NCBI GenBank assembly: GCA_047284725.1
Contig: JBJBEO010000001.1
Span: forward strand, 2,392,203-2,456,202
Origin: Synechococcus sp.
GTDB taxonomy: Bacteria; Cyanobacteriota; Cyanobacteriia; PCC-6307; Cyanobiaceae
Length of the DNA: 64,000 nucleotides
Reading direction: 5' to 3'
Position numbers and translations under genes: made by a program. Below are positions 12,610 to 23,865 of the stretch, piece after piece; position 1 is the stretch's first letter; the number at the start of each line of letters is the position of its first letter. The notes under the pieces were generated by a model. The model had not been told where the DNA came from. It saw only the letters and a list, made by a program, of their open reading frames with translations, and did no database searches.

Positions 12610-15381
12610 ATGGACCTGGCCCTGCAGGGCAATCTGTTCGGTGAGCCGGACGTTGCCGCCTCAGGAAGCAGCAGCAACGTCTCCAGCAGCGCCACGAGTA
12701 GCGGAGGCACTGCTGCATCGGATGCCGAGCTCAACGACGACACCCTCGCGGCCGATGCGGCCGCCCGCCCCCGGAATCGCTCCAAAACTGGAGGTCATCC
12801 CGAACAGGACAACTCTTCCGAGGAGAGCAACCCATCAGACCAGAACCGCAACGCTGACACCGAGGACGACCTGCCCGCCTGGAGCCATCACGGCCTGGTG
12901 GATCCGGCCCAGCTGACGCCGATGCTGCGCCATTACGTGGAACTCAAGGCGGCCCACCCCGAGCGGGTGCTGCTCTATCGCCTCGGCGATTTCTTCGAGT
13001 GCTTTTTCGAAGACGCGATCGAGCTCTCCCGTCTGCTGGAACTGACCCTCACCGGCAAGGAGGGGGGCAAGGCCATCGGTCGGGTGCCCATGGCCGGCAT
13101 TCCTCACCATGCGGCGGAGCGCTATTGCGCTGATCTGATTCGAAAAGGGCGCAGCGTGGCGCTCTGCGACCAACTGGAGGCGGCTCCAGCCAAAGGGAGC
13201 GCCAAGGGAACCCTGCTCAAACGCGACATCACCCGCGTGCTGACACCGGGCACTGTGCTGGAGGAGGGCATGCTCAGTGCCCGCCGCAACAACTGGCTGG
13301 CTGCCGTGATGGTGGAGCCGGCCCAGGGCAAACAACCGTTTCGCTGGGGCCTGGCCAGCGCTGATGTGAGCACAGGCGAGCTGGTGCTGCAACAACAGGA
13401 AGGCAGCGGCAGTCTGCATCAGGAGCTGGCGCGGCTGGAGGCGGCCGAAGTGATCTGGGGGCCGGGCCCTGACCCGAGCCAACAGGTGAACGCCGGCACC
13501 AGGCCGGCCTGGTGCCCGGACCACCTGCAGCTCACGGCCATGGCCAGCACCCCCTTCAGTCGGCCGGAAGCCGAACAGGCACTGCTGACCCACTACCGGC
13601 TGGGCAGCATCGATGGCCTGGGGCTCCAGGCCCACCCCCTGGCGCTGCGGGCCGCCGGCGGCCTGCTGGCCTACCTGCAAGACACCCGCCCCCTCGAAGA
13701 CGACGGCCTCAACGCTCCCCCTCTGGAGCGACCGAAGCTGCGCTTCAGCGGTGATGCTCTGGTGCTGGATGCCCAGACCCGCCGCAACCTGGAACTGACC
13801 ACCACCCAACGGGATGGACAGTTCCAGGGTTCCCTGCTCTGGGCCATCGACCGCACCCTCACCGCCATGGGCGGTCGATGTCTGCGCTGCTGGCTGGAGG
13901 CTCCTCTGATGCAGCCCGGGACCATCCGCCAACGGCAGGTCGCCGTGAGCTGTCTGGTGCAGAGCCGTCCCCTGCGCCAGGCGCTCCGGCGTCTGCTGCG
14001 GCCCATGGGCGACCTGGAACGGCTGGCGGGACGCGCGGGAGCCGGACAGGCTGGAGCCCGCGATCTGGTGGCGATCGCCGATGGCCTGGAACGCCTGCCC
14101 CAACTGGCCTCGCTGATCAGCGGCCGATTCAACGAGGGCCCGGACTGGCTGCAGGATCTTCTGAACCCATCTCCTGCTCTGCAGGAGATGGCCGGCCAGG
14201 TGCGCCACCAGCTGCTCGACAGCCCCCCCCTCAGCCTCAGCGAAGGGGGCCTGATCCATGACGGCGTCGATCCGCTGCTCGATGGACTTCGCAACCAACT
14301 TGATGACCAAGACAGCTGGCTTGCCGAACAGGAACAGCGCGAACGCCAACTGAGCGGCAACAGCAATCTGCGCCTGCAGTACCACCGCACCTTCGGCTAC
14401 TTCCTCTCCGTGAGCCGGGCCAAATCCACCGCTGTGCCCGACCACTGGATCCGACGCCAAACCCTGGCCAACGAAGAGCGTTTCATCACCCCAGACCTGA
14501 AGGCCCGCGAAGGCACGATTTTTCAGCTCAGAGCACGGGCGGCTCAACGGGAATACGAGCTGTTCTGTCAGCTGCGTGAGCAAGTGGGCGAGCAGGCCGA
14601 AGCGATCCGACGGGCCGCCAGAGCGGTGGCCGGCCTGGATGCCCTCGGCAGCCTGGCGGATGTGGCAGCCACCGAACGCTGGTGCGCCCCGGAGATCAAC
14701 GACAGCCGCCACCTCTGCGTGGAAGGGGGTCGTCATCCGGTGGTGGAGCAGCTGCTTGTGGAGGAACCGTTCACCCCCAATGACGTGCAGCTCGGCGCTG
14801 AGACCGACCTGGTGGTGCTGACCGGTCCGAACGCCAGTGGCAAGAGCTGCTATCTGCGTCAAATCGGCCTGATTCAACTGCTCGCCCAGGTGGGAGGTTG
14901 GGTACCAGCCACCGCCGCCAAGATCGGTGTCGCTGATCGGATCTTCACCCGGGTCGGTGCCGTCGACGACCTGGCGGCAGGCCAGTCCACCTTCATGGTG
15001 GAAATGGCGGAAACCGCCAACATCCTTCACCACGCCAGTGATCGATCCCTGGTGTTGCTGGATGAAATCGGTCGGGGAACCGCCACCTTTGACGGCCTCT
15101 CAATCGCCTGGGCCGTCAGCGAACACCTCGCCAGCGACCTCCAAGCCCGCACCGTGTTCGCTACCCACTATCACGAGCTCAACGCCCTGGCGGACCAGCG
15201 CCCCAATGTGGCGAACTTCCAGGTGCTGGTGGAGGAAACCGGCGACGACCTGCTGTTTCTGCACCGAGTCGCCCCTGGCGGTGCCAGTCGCAGCTATGGC
15301 ATTGAGGCCGCCCGACTCGCTGGCGTCCCCTCGCCAGTGGTGCAGCGTGCCCAACAGGTGTTGGATCGCCTGGCGGCCTGA
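12610..15381 (+). CDS. mutS: DNA mismatch repair protein MutS
   Basis: [47 protein letters not shown]; start 12601 or 12610. Confidence 0.98.
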   Translation: MDLALQGNLFGEPDVAASGSSSNVSSSATSSGGTAASDAELNDDTLAADAAARPRNRSKTGGHPEQDNSSEESNPSDQNRNADTEDDLPAWSHHGLVDPAQLTPMLRHYVELKAAHPERVLLYRLGDFFECFFEDAIELSRLLELTLTGKEGGKAIGRVPMAGIPHHAAERYCADLIRKGRSVALCDQLEAAPAKGSAKGTLLKRDITRVLTPGTVLEEGMLSARRNNWLAAVMVEPAQGKQPFRWGLASADVSTGELVLQQQEGSGSLHQELARLEAAEVIWGPGPDPSQQVNAGTRPAWCPDHLQLTAMASTPFSRPEAEQALLTHYRLGSIDGLGLQAHPLALRAAGGLLAYLQDTRPLEDDGLNAPPLERPKLRFSGDALVLDAQTRRNLELTTTQRDGQFQGSLLWAIDRTLTAMGGRCLRCWLEAPLMQPGTIRQRQVAVSCLVQSRPLRQALRRLLRPMGDLERLAGRAGAGQAGARDLVAIADGLERLPQLASLISGRFNEGPDWLQDLLNPSPALQEMAGQVRHQLLDSPPLSLSEGGLIHDGVDPLLDGLRNQLDDQDSWLAEQEQRERQLSGNSNLRLQYHRTFGYFLSVSRAKSTAVPDHWIRRQTLANEERFITPDLKAREGTIFQLRARAAQREYELFCQLREQVGEQAEAIRRAARAVAGLDALGSLADVAATERWCAPEINDSRHLCVEGGRHPVVEQLLVEEPFTPNDVQLGAETDLVVLTGPNASGKSCYLRQIGLIQLLAQVGGWVPATAAKIGVADRIFTRVGAVDDLAAGQSTFMVEMAETANILHHASDRSLVLLDEIGRGTATFDGLSIAWAVSEHLASDLQARTVFATHYHELNALADQRPNVANFQVLVEETGDDLLFLHRVAPGGASRSYGIEAARLAGVPSPVVQRAQQVLDRLAA

Positions 15382-15388
15382 GGCAGGA

Positions 15389-16033
15389 CTAAAGCGTGGC
15401 CGCCCGCAACAGGGCATTGCAGGCCGCAGCGACCAGCCCCGCACCACCTCGGGTTCCTTCGAGCCGGATCTGCGCCAGCGTCGTGGTCGCCAGCCGGCGT
15501 TTACTTTCCGGCACACCCACAAATCCCACCGGCATGCCAATGACAAGGCTCGGAGCCATGGCACCAGCCTCCACCAGGTCAAGAAGCACCTCCAGGGCCG
15601 TGGGAGCACTCCCGACCAGCACCACCGGGGGCGGCACCCCTTGGCTCTGGGCGCGATCGATGAGCGCTCCCCAGCAACGTTGCATGGCAGCAGCCGAGCG
15701 GGTGGAGCCGGGAGGTGACTGCTCCGGCGCCCAATCGAGCAAGGAACACACCCCATTCCCCCCGGTGCGCCGAGCCATCGGCGCCACCGCCGCGGCCGCC
15801 ATCGCCGTATCGGTAAGGATCACCGCTCCAGCCTGAAGCGCCGTGAGTCCCTGATCGCAGGCCCCGGCACTGAAGCGAAGCAGCGGCACCAGAGAAGGAT
15901 CACCACTGCTGTGCACCAAGCGCTCCAAGACCTGTTGCTGCAAGGGATCGAGACCGGTCTCCCCCAGGAGCAAACGGATGCGGCGGATGCTCTCGGTAAA
16001 GATCGGATGGTCACTGACAACCTCGCGGGTCAC
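15389..16033 (-). CDS. cobH: Precorrin-8X methylmutase CobH/CbiC
   Basis: RLVHSSGD, TRSAAA, GSAPTAL, IGMPVGFVG; start uncertain. Confidence 0.93.
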   Translation of the reverse strand: MTREVVSDHPIFTESIRRIRLLLGETGLDPLQQQVLERLVHSSGDPSLVPLLRFSAGACDQGLTALQAGAVILTDTAMAAAAVAPMARRTGGNGVCSLLDWAPEQSPPGSTRSAAAMQRCWGALIDRAQSQGVPPPVVLVGSAPTALEVLLDLVEAGAMAPSLVIGMPVGFVGVPESKRRLATTTLAQIRLEGTRGGAGLVAAACNALLRAATL

Positions 16034-16084
16034 AGGGGTTGGCGGCAGGGGGCAGACTTCAGCATCCACCGTGGTCGGTCTGCC

Positions 16085-17089
16085 ATGCCCGTGCACCTGA
16101 TCTGGGGTGATGACAGTGCTGCCGTCGAACGGGCCATCACCAGGTTGATCGAAGCGGTGGTGGATCCCACCTGGAGCAGCATCAATCTCAGCCGACTGGA
16201 CGGCTCCGAAAGCAACCAGGCCCTTCAGGCTCTCGAGGAAGCACGCACGCCACCGTTCGGTGGTGGCGATCGACTGGTGTTGCTCCAGCGCTCACCCTTC
16301 TGCAACGCCTGCCCAAGCGACCTGGCGGATCGGTTCGATGCGGCCCTTGAACTCATTCCAGCCAACAGCCATCTGGTGCTTTGCAACCCCTCCAAACCGG
16401 ATGGGCGCCTGCGCACCACCAAAGCCCTGCAGAAACGCATTAAGGCAAAGCTTGCTGCCGAACAAAACTTTCAGCTGCCGGCGGTGTGGGATGGAGCCGG
16501 ACAACGTCAACTGGTGGAACGCACCGCCAGCGATCTCGGCCTTGAGATCGAGTCCGCTGCTGTCGATGCCCTGATCGATGCGATCGGCAATGACAGTGCC
16601 CGCCTCAGCGCGGAATTGCAGAAACTCGCCCTGCATGCCGCCAGCCGCGGTCGGACAGGGATCACCGCCGAAGCGGTGCTGACCCTGATCGAGGGTCAGG
16701 CCGCCAATGCCCTGCAGGTGGGCGACGCACTGCTGGAAGGCCAGATCGGGGATGCGATCAGCCGCCTCGATGCGCTGATGGATGCAGGAGAACCGGCACT
16801 CCGGATCGTTGCCACGCTCACAGGGCAAATCCGCGGTTGGCTGTGGGTGAGCCTGATGGACCAGCAAGGAGAACGGGACGTGGCCGTGATCGCCAAGGCG
16901 GCGGGCATCGGCAACCCCAAACGGATCTACGTGATGCGCAAGCAACTGCAAGGAAGGCCTCCCACGCGCTGCCTCAAGCTGCTGAGCCGCCTGCTCGAGG
17001 TGGAGGCCGCCCTCAAGCGCGGAGCCCAGCCGGGGGCAGCCTTCCGGGACGGGCTGCTCGGTGGGAGGCCACTCGGGGAAGCCCAGTGA
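16085..17089 (+). CDS. holA: DNA polymerase III subunit delta
   Basis: MPVHLIWGDD start, TPPFGGG, KPDGRL, ELQKLAL. Confidence 0.92.
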   Translation: MPVHLIWGDDSAAVERAITRLIEAVVDPTWSSINLSRLDGSESNQALQALEEARTPPFGGGDRLVLLQRSPFCNACPSDLADRFDAALELIPANSHLVLCNPSKPDGRLRTTKALQKRIKAKLAAEQNFQLPAVWDGAGQRQLVERTASDLGLEIESAAVDALIDAIGNDSARLSAELQKLALHAASRGRTGITAEAVLTLIEGQAANALQVGDALLEGQIGDAISRLDALMDAGEPALRIVATLTGQIRGWLWVSLMDQQGERDVAVIAKAAGIGNPKRIYVMRKQLQGRPPTRCLKLLSRLLEVEAALKRGAQPGAAFRDGLLGGRPLGEAQ

Positions 17090-17119
17090 GACAATCTCCA
17101 GCGGTATCGAAACGGCGGC

Positions 17120-18922
17120 ATGGCCCTGCTGGTGCAGAAATTCGGCGGCACCTCCGTCGCTGATGTGGAGCGCATCCAGGCGGTGGCCCGTCGCATTGCC
17201 GCCAGCAAGGAAGAGGGGCACGACCTGGTGATCGTGGTGTCGGCGATGGGCCACACCACCGATGAGCTCACCGGCAAGGCGCGGGCCATCAGCAGCAACC
17301 CACCCCAGCGGGAGATGGACATGCTGCTCGCCACTGGCGAGCAGGTGTCGATCGCTCTGTTGTCGATGGCCCTCAACGCCTTAGGCATTCCAGCGGTGTC
17401 GATGACCGGTCCCCAGGTGGGGATCGTGACGGAATCGGCCCACGGCAGAGCCCGCATCCTGGAAGTGCGCACTGATCGCCTGCGGAACCGCCTCGATGAG
17501 GGGCAGGTGGTGGTGGTCGCTGGCTTCCAGGGCACCAGCCAGAGCAGCGGCGGCACGGCCGAAATCACCACCCTCGGACGGGGTGGATCCGACACCTCCG
17601 CTGTGGCCCTGGCAGCAGCCCTCAACGCCGATGCCTGTGAGATTTACACCGATGTACCTGGCGTGCTCACCACCGACCCCCGCAAGGTGGCGGATGCCCA
17701 GTTGATGCAGCAGGTGAGTTGCAATGAAATGCTCGAGCTGGCCAGCCTCGGTGCGGCCGTGCTGCACCCCCGGGCCGTGGAGATCGCCCGCAACTACGGC
17801 GTCACCTTGGTGGTGCGTTCCAGCTGGAGCGAAGAACCCGGCACCACCCTCACCAGTCGCAGCGCCAGGCCCATCGGCCGGGAGGGTCTTGAACTGGGGC
17901 GGCCGGTGGACGGTACCGACCTAGTGGAGCATCAGGCCGTGCTGGCGCTGTCTCACGTTCCCGACCAGCCCGGGGTCGCGGCAGAGCTGTTCGAGGCCCT
18001 CTCCGCCGATGGAGTGAATGTTGATCTGATCATCCAGGCCACCCATGAAGGCAGCAGCAACGACATCACCTTCACCGTTGCGGAAGCCGATCTCACCAAA
18101 GCCCGCGGCATTTGTACCGGACTGCTGGATCGCTGGGGCGGTCACCTGGTGGCCGAAGGCGGCATGAGCAAGCTGAGCATCAGCGGCGCCGGCATCATGG
18201 GGCGCCCTGGCATTGCTGCCAGCCTGTTCGACACCCTCTCGCGGGCGGGCATCAACCTGCGTTTGATCGCTACCAGTGAAGTGAAGGTGAGCTGCGTGAT
18301 CGATGCGGAATTCGGTGGCAAAGCCCTACGGGCCGTGAGCCAGGCCTTCGAATTGGATGACCATCAAGTGCACCTCAACCCGCCGGCTTCCGGCGAAGGC
18401 GAACCAGAGGTGCGAGGCATCGCTCTCGACCGTGACCAGGCCCAGATGAGCGTGCGCCATGTGCCCAACAAGCCCGGTACCGCGGCCACCCTCTGCACCA
18501 CGCTGGCGGATGCAGGCATCAGTCTCGACGCGATCATGCAGTCGGAACGGGAGCATGCCGACGGCAGCCGCGACATCAGCTTCACCCTGAAACGGAACGA
18601 CCGCAGCCGAGCTGATCAGGCTCTGGCACCGCTGCTGGCCCAGTGGCCCGGGGCCCAGCTGGAAGACGGACCCGCCATCGCCCGAGTGAGCGCCGTTGGT
18701 GCCGGCATGCCAGCGACTGCTGGCACGGCAGGGCGCATGTTCCGCTATCTCGCCGATGCTGGCCTCAACATCGAGATGATCGCCACCAGCGAGATCCGCA
18801 CCAGCTGCGTGGTGGCCGAAACCGACGGCATTGCAGCCCTGAAAGCGGTGCATGATGGCTTTGGTCTGGGTGGCAGCACCATCCACCAGGCCGAGGGCAC
18901 CGAATCACCGCTGGAAGTCTGA
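17120..18922 (+). CDS. lysC: Aspartate kinase with multiple ACT domains
   Basis: VQKFGGTS, TTLGRGGSDTSA, IYTDVPGV, repeated ATSE ACT motifs. Confidence 0.97.
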   Translation: MALLVQKFGGTSVADVERIQAVARRIAASKEEGHDLVIVVSAMGHTTDELTGKARAISSNPPQREMDMLLATGEQVSIALLSMALNALGIPAVSMTGPQVGIVTESAHGRARILEVRTDRLRNRLDEGQVVVVAGFQGTSQSSGGTAEITTLGRGGSDTSAVALAAALNADACEIYTDVPGVLTTDPRKVADAQLMQQVSCNEMLELASLGAAVLHPRAVEIARNYGVTLVVRSSWSEEPGTTLTSRSARPIGREGLELGRPVDGTDLVEHQAVLALSHVPDQPGVAAELFEALSADGVNVDLIIQATHEGSSNDITFTVAEADLTKARGICTGLLDRWGGHLVAEGGMSKLSISGAGIMGRPGIAASLFDTLSRAGINLRLIATSEVKVSCVIDAEFGGKALRAVSQAFELDDHQVHLNPPASGEGEPEVRGIALDRDQAQMSVRHVPNKPGTAATLCTTLADAGISLDAIMQSEREHADGSRDISFTLKRNDRSRADQALAPLLAQWPGAQLEDGPAIARVSAVGAGMPATAGTAGRMFRYLADAGLNIEMIATSEIRTSCVVAETDGIAALKAVHDGFGLGGSTIHQAEGTESPLEV

Positions 18923-18930
18923 GGGCCGGA

Positions 18931-19794
18931 TCAGGCCTGCGGTTGTCCTAGCCGTCGCAGCACCATCCACGTGGAGTGGTAATCCAGCTCAGACGCCCCG
19001 GCGCTGAGCTGCGCGTCCAAACAGCGACACAGCCTCGCCAGCTCCCTGTGGGAATACCGGGAGCGAGCCGAACGAACACCGATGCGTGTGAAATGACGCA
19101 AATAGTCGAGGGCCGACGCCACCGGAACCCCGTTGGGAAAAGAGCCACTGGCCACCCACTCAAAGCAATCGGACAAGATGCTCCGTGAGGCCGCACCGAT
19201 CAGTTGATCTGAGGTAGGTGGGGCCAGCAGATGGGAGGGGAGGTCGGCCGTGGCCAGAGCAGCGCGGAGCACCGCAAAACTGCGGGCATCCGGCACGGCT
19301 ACAGCCAACCAATCACCTGGCCGCAGCAAGCGTGCCCAGACGGTCTTCAGCACCTCCAGGGGCGCGGTGCTCCACTGCAATGCGTAGTTCGACAACAGCA
19401 CCAGGGGTGCATCCACCACGAGGGGCTCCAACGACTCAATCGCCGCATCCGCGAAGCCATCCACCACCACTCCCTTGACCGCGGACTGGAGCAGGGCCTG
19501 CCGGGCCTGCAAGCGCTGCATGGCCCGCTCCACCATCTCTGGCGCCTGATCCACCAGCAGTAGCTGCCGAGGGGGACGTTGATGCTGTGCCTCCAGCTGG
19601 TCCAGCCAGGCCGCTGCGACCACACCGGTGCCACAGCCCAGATCAATCACTCCAACCGGGAGCTCGCTGCCATCGGATCCACAAGTCGCGCTGATCAACC
19701 GCCAAGTCTCCGACACCAGCCGCATCGCCGCCAGCCGCTGGGGAAGGGCCGCAGCGTCGTAGGTGGTGGCAGCAGCGCCGAACGACGAAGTCAA
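18931..19794 (-). CDS. Class I SAM-dependent methyltransferase, BioC-like
   Basis: FGAAATTYD..Q, IDLGCGTG, SNYALQW. Confidence 0.75.
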   Translation of the reverse strand: MTSSFGAAATTYDAAALPQRLAAMRLVSETWRLISATCGSDGSELPVGVIDLGCGTGVVAAAWLDQLEAQHQRPPRQLLLVDQAPEMVERAMQRLQARQALLQSAVKGVVVDGFADAAIESLEPLVVDAPLVLLSNYALQWSTAPLEVLKTVWARLLRPGDWLAVAVPDARSFAVLRAALATADLPSHLLAPPTSDQLIGAASRSILSDCFEWVASGSFPNGVPVASALDYLRHFTRIGVRSARSRYSHRELARLCRCLDAQLSAGASELDYHSTWMVLRRLGQPQA

Positions 19795-19817
19795 GACAAG
19801 GCAATCAAGAGGACGGA

Positions 19818-21857
19818 TCAGCTCTGACCCACCAGTTTCTGACGTAGCTGTTTGATCCGGTCCCGAAGGTTGGCCGCCTCCTCGAAATCAAGCTTCTTGG
19901 CGGCATCCTTCATGCGCAGCTCCAGCTGATCAATCAACTCAGGCAACGCATCGAGAGCCATGCCGTCAGTGTCGTCTTCAATCGCTTGCACCGCTTTACC
20001 GGCCACCTTCACCAGATCGGCATCGGGACCATCGGTCTTGAGCTTCCGCGACAACTCAAGAAAGGAGAGAATCGAGTTGCTGGCCTTTTTGCCTGCGGCC
20101 GTGGGCACGATGCCGTGCTTTTCGTTGTAGGCCTGTTGGATCCTGCGGCGACGTTCGGTCTCTTCAATCGCCTTGGCCATCGAGTCGGTCATGTTGTCGG
20201 CATACAACAGCGCAACCCCGTCCACATGGCGCGCCGCTCGACCGATGGTCTGGATCAGAGAGCGTTCGGCCCGCAGGAAGCCCTCCTTATCCGCATCAAG
20301 GATCGCCACCAACGACACCTCAGGCAGGTCGAGACCTTCCCGCAGCAGGTTCACACCCACCAGCACGTCGTACTCACCCATCCGCAGATCTTGGATGATC
20401 TCGATGCGCTCGATCGAATGAATCTCAGAGTGCAGATAGCGCACCCGCACCTCATTTTCCGCCAGATAATCGGTGAGGTCTTCCGCCATGCGCTTGGTGA
20501 GGGTGGTCACCAGAACCCGCTCCTGTTTCTTGGCCCGCGTACGGATCTCGCCGAGCAGGTCATCCACCTGACCTGTGGTGGGCCGCACCTCAACAATCGG
20601 ATCGAGCACGCCGGTGGGGCGAATCACCTGCTCCGCCACCTGGCCATCGCTCACCTCCATCTCCCAGTTGCCAGGAGTCGCGCTGACAAACACCGTCTGA
20701 CGCGCCTTGGTCCAAAATTCCTCCCCCTTCAGCGGCCGGTTGTCGGCGGCGCTGGGCAGGCGGAATCCATGGTCGATCAACACCTTCTTGCGAGCCTGAT
20801 CGCCGTTGTACATCGCCTGCAACTGAGAACAGGTGACATGGCTCTCGTCCACGATCAGCAGCCAGTCGTCCGGGAAGTAATCAATCAGACACTCAGGCGC
20901 TGAACCGGGCTCACGGCCGGCCAGGTGACGGGCGTAGTTCTCAACGCCATTGCAGTAGCCCACCTGTCCGAGCATCTCAAGGTCATAGGTGGTGCGCTGC
21001 TCGAGACGCTGAGCCTCCAGCAACTTGCCCTCTGCATTGAGGACGTGAAGCCGTTCTTTCAGTTCGGAACGGATGTCTTTGATGGCGGTATTGAGCCGCT
21101 CCTTGGGCGTCACGAAGTGCTTGGCCGGATAGATATTGATCGCCTCCATGCTCTGAAGGATCTCGCCGGTGGTGGGATCGACATATCGGATCGCCTCCAC
21201 TTCGTCACCAAACAGTTCAACCCTTACCAAACGGTCTTCGTAGGCGGGACCGATTTCAAGCACATCGCCGCGAACCCGGAAACGGCCTCGCGTGATGTCG
21301 GTGTCATTGCGGCTGTATTGATTGTTAACCAGTTCCCGCAGAGAACCCCGCAAATCTAGGCTTTCTCCAACCTCAAATTTCACCGAGGCCTTGAGATATT
21401 CACTGGGAATTCCAAGGCCGTAAATGCAGCTGATCGACGCAACGACGATCACATCTCGGCGCTCAAACAGCGAGCGAGTCGCAGAGTGGCGGAGCATATC
21501 GATTTCTTCGTTGATCGATGCTGTTTTCGCGATGTAGGTATCGCTAACGGGTACGTAAGCCTCCGGCTGGTAATAGTCGTAATAGGAGATGAAATATTCG
21601 ACAGCGTTATTGGGGAAGAATTCCCGCAACTCATTACAGAGCTGAGCCGCCAGGGTTTTGTTATGGGCAAGAACCAGGGCCGGACGTCCTGTTTTGGCGA
21701 TCACATTCGCCATCGTGAAGGTCTTGCCCGTGCCCGTGGCACCCAGCAGAGTCTGATAAGGCTCGCCGCTGGTGACGCCCTCCACCAACTGGGCGATGGC
21801 GGTGGGTTGATCACCCTGCGGGATGTAAGGAGCAGTGAGGTCGTACTGGGGATTCAC
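19818..21857 (-). CDS. uvrB: Excinuclease ABC subunit B
   Basis: [32 protein letters not shown]-terminal UVR domain. Confidence 0.99.
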   Translation of the reverse strand: MNPQYDLTAPYIPQGDQPTAIAQLVEGVTSGEPYQTLLGATGTGKTFTMANVIAKTGRPALVLAHNKTLAAQLCNELREFFPNNAVEYFISYYDYYQPEAYVPVSDTYIAKTASINEEIDMLRHSATRSLFERRDVIVVASISCIYGLGIPSEYLKASVKFEVGESLDLRGSLRELVNNQYSRNDTDITRGRFRVRGDVLEIGPAYEDRLVRVELFGDEVEAIRYVDPTTGEILQSMEAINIYPAKHFVTPKERLNTAIKDIRSELKERLHVLNAEGKLLEAQRLEQRTTYDLEMLGQVGYCNGVENYARHLAGREPGSAPECLIDYFPDDWLLIVDESHVTCSQLQAMYNGDQARKKVLIDHGFRLPSAADNRPLKGEEFWTKARQTVFVSATPGNWEMEVSDGQVAEQVIRPTGVLDPIVEVRPTTGQVDDLLGEIRTRAKKQERVLVTTLTKRMAEDLTDYLAENEVRVRYLHSEIHSIERIEIIQDLRMGEYDVLVGVNLLREGLDLPEVSLVAILDADKEGFLRAERSLIQTIGRAARHVDGVALLYADNMTDSMAKAIEETERRRRIQQAYNEKHGIVPTAAGKKASNSILSFLELSRKLKTDGPDADLVKVAGKAVQAIEDDTDGMALDALPELIDQLELRMKDAAKKLDFEEAANLRDRIKQLRQKLVGQS

Positions 21858-21948
21858 GTCACGTCCAGCGCGGCCAGAAACTCAGCTTATGGGGCCGGCT
21901 TGGATGAATGCTGCCGAGGCTTGCACGCGCGTGCCGGCCACAACGGCC

Positions 21949-21976
21949 AAAAAAAAGGCGTGACCATGTCACGCCC
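21949..21976 (-). terminator. Rho-independent terminator after the DUF561 gene
   Basis: Stem GGCGTGAC/GTCACGCC, 3-nt loop, followed by T8 on the minus strand. Confidence 0.85.
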
Positions 21977-22012
21977 TGCGACTGCCTGATTGCAGACATC
22001 GACTGCGAAGCC

Positions 22013-22789
22013 TCAGCGCTGGACGCGCACCGCAGCGGTGGCCAGAGCCTCTCTCAGACTTCGCACGACAGCAACCATCGCCAGTTCATCACCAAGACGA
22101 TTCACCGCAGAACCCACGCCAACGCCGGAAGCACCAGCCGCGATCGCCATGGGCAGGGTGACCGCCGACAGACCGGACGCACAGAGCACGGGCACCGCCG
22201 ATGCAGCCTGTTCAAGAGCAGAACTGATGCTGTGAGCTGCAGCCAAGGTGGGTGCTGCCTTTTCGATCAGACCAAGGCTGCCAGGGCTGAAGGGCTTGGC
22301 GCTGGTGCCGCCTTCGGTCTGAATCAGATCAGCTCCGGCTTCAACCAACGCCACCGCCAGCTGCTCTTGCTCGTCCATGGGCAGGAGGTGAGGCACGGTG
22401 ACGCTCAGCACCACCTCTGGCAGCAGCGTCCGAGTTTGGCGGGTGAGGGCAAGCACTTCGGCAGCATCAAAAATGCGGCCCTGGGGGTAGAAGGCATCGA
22501 AGTTGCCGATTTCCACCATCACGGCACCCGCGGCCACAGCTGCGGGAAAGAGCGCAGGCTCCACCGCCGACACACACACAGGAAGGCCACCGGATTCGCG
22601 GATTGCCAGGGCAACCAGCTCGGGGTCACAGGCCACATCCAGCAGATCTGCACCGCCATGGCCAGCGGCACGGGCCACCCTCGACACGGAGGCGGCATCG
22701 AAATTCATCAGACCGGCAATCACCTTCAGAGCCGAGCGCTGCTCAAGGCGCTGACGCAGAGAGGTGGGCAACTGGGCGAGGCGGGTCAT
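22013..22789 (-). CDS. ycf23: DUF561 / Ycf23 family protein
   Basis: ALKVIAGLMNFD, EIGNFDAFY, IQTEGGTS, GLIEKAAPTLAAA. Confidence 0.9.
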   Translation of the reverse strand: MTRLAQLPTSLRQRLEQRSALKVIAGLMNFDAASVSRVARAAGHGGADLLDVACDPELVALAIRESGGLPVCVSAVEPALFPAAVAAGAVMVEIGNFDAFYPQGRIFDAAEVLALTRQTRTLLPEVVLSVTVPHLLPMDEQEQLAVALVEAGADLIQTEGGTSAKPFSPGSLGLIEKAAPTLAAAHSISSALEQAASAVPVLCASGLSAVTLPMAIAAGASGVGVGSAVNRLGDELAMVAVVRSLREALATAAVRVQR

Positions 22790-22824
22790 CAGGCCAGAGT
22801 CATATCCATTAATCCTCCCATCGC

Positions 22825-23859
22825 ATGGATCCCCAAGCCGATCCAGCCCTGCGCCACTGCTGGTCGGCATGGCACGACCGACTCCATCGCGAGCTTCTGC
22901 GGCATCCGCACTGGCTTCCGCAAGGGGCACCCCTGCTCCTCGCCCTCTCCGGCGGTCAAGACTCCATGGCCCTCACCGCCCTGTTGATGGGCCTGCAGCG
23001 GCTGCACCACTGGGAGCTCCATCTCTGGCATGGCGATCACGGCTGGCATGACGAATCAGCAGCCATAGCCAAAGGCCTGCAGGCATGGTGCAACCAGCAA
23101 GCACTTTCACTCCAGATCAGCCGCGCTGAACGGGGGGAGGCCACGAGCGAAGCCACAGCCCGTCGGTGGCGTTACCGCCAACTCGGCCAACACGCCATCA
23201 ATCTTGGGCTGAGTGCCCTGCAACAGCCATGCCGGCGTGTGGTCTGCGCACACACGGCCACCGACAAAGCGGAGACATTGCTGCTGCAGATGGCCCGTGG
23301 CACCGATCTGGCCGGCCTTGGCAGCCTGCGCCGCGAACGTCCTCTCGGAGAACCGAACCACCCCACGTTGTTGGTGGTGCGACCTCTCCTTGGCTTCAGC
23401 CGAGCAGAAACAGCCTCGATATGCGGGGATCTGAACCTGCCGATCTGGCTGGATCCCAGCAACAACGACCTGCACTTCAGCCGCAACCGCATCCGCCATG
23501 ACGTGATGCCAGTTCTGGAAAGCCTTCATCCCGGCTGCGACCAGAGGATGGCCCAGCTGTCTGAGCGTTTGTCACAGGTACAAAACACCCAAAGCGCACT
23601 ACTGGACCTCAGCCTGGACAGCCTTCAAAACGACAATGGGCTTGATCGCCGCCGACTCTCAGCCATGGCGATCGATCTGCGTCGATCATTACTGGCCCGA
23701 TGGCTTCAGAACCGGGGAGCACCAGTGCTCAACGCCAGGCAGCTGGAAGACCTGACCAGCGCAATCGCGCCGAATGCGGCACCGGGCGGACGGGATTTAG
23801 GCCGAGGCTGGCGCCTCCACTGGACCAAGAACGCAGTAAAACTGAAAGAGCACGCATGA
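22825..23859 (+). CDS. tilS: tRNA(Ile)-lysidine synthase
   Basis: SGGQDS PP-loop, ARRWRY, AHTATDKAET, RPLL, DPSN, RNRIR. Confidence 0.95.
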   Translation: MDPQADPALRHCWSAWHDRLHRELLRHPHWLPQGAPLLLALSGGQDSMALTALLMGLQRLHHWELHLWHGDHGWHDESAAIAKGLQAWCNQQALSLQISRAERGEATSEATARRWRYRQLGQHAINLGLSALQQPCRRVVCAHTATDKAETLLLQMARGTDLAGLGSLRRERPLGEPNHPTLLVVRPLLGFSRAETASICGDLNLPIWLDPSNNDLHFSRNRIRHDVMPVLESLHPGCDQRMAQLSERLSQVQNTQSALLDLSLDSLQNDNGLDRRRLSAMAIDLRRSLLARWLQNRGAPVLNARQLEDLTSAIAPNAAPGGRDLGRGWRLHWTKNAVKLKEHA

Positions 23860-23865
23860 ACCGTT

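Noticed and set aside
14071..14078. HIP1 octamer GCGATCGC
   Set aside because: Only scattered copies noticed in 64 kb; not obviously enriched.
12835..15033. 732-aa ORF antisense to mutS, and similar ones opposite clpX, secA, gyrB, uvrB and sqdB
   Set aside because: Expected shadow ORFs from GC-rich codon bias; no recognisable motifs.
22789..22930. Long N-terminal ORF-track extensions of ycf23 (also miaA, holA, dapA, rpmI, spoIID, pdxA)
   Set aside because: They overlap neighbouring real genes and precede the family-typical N-termini.
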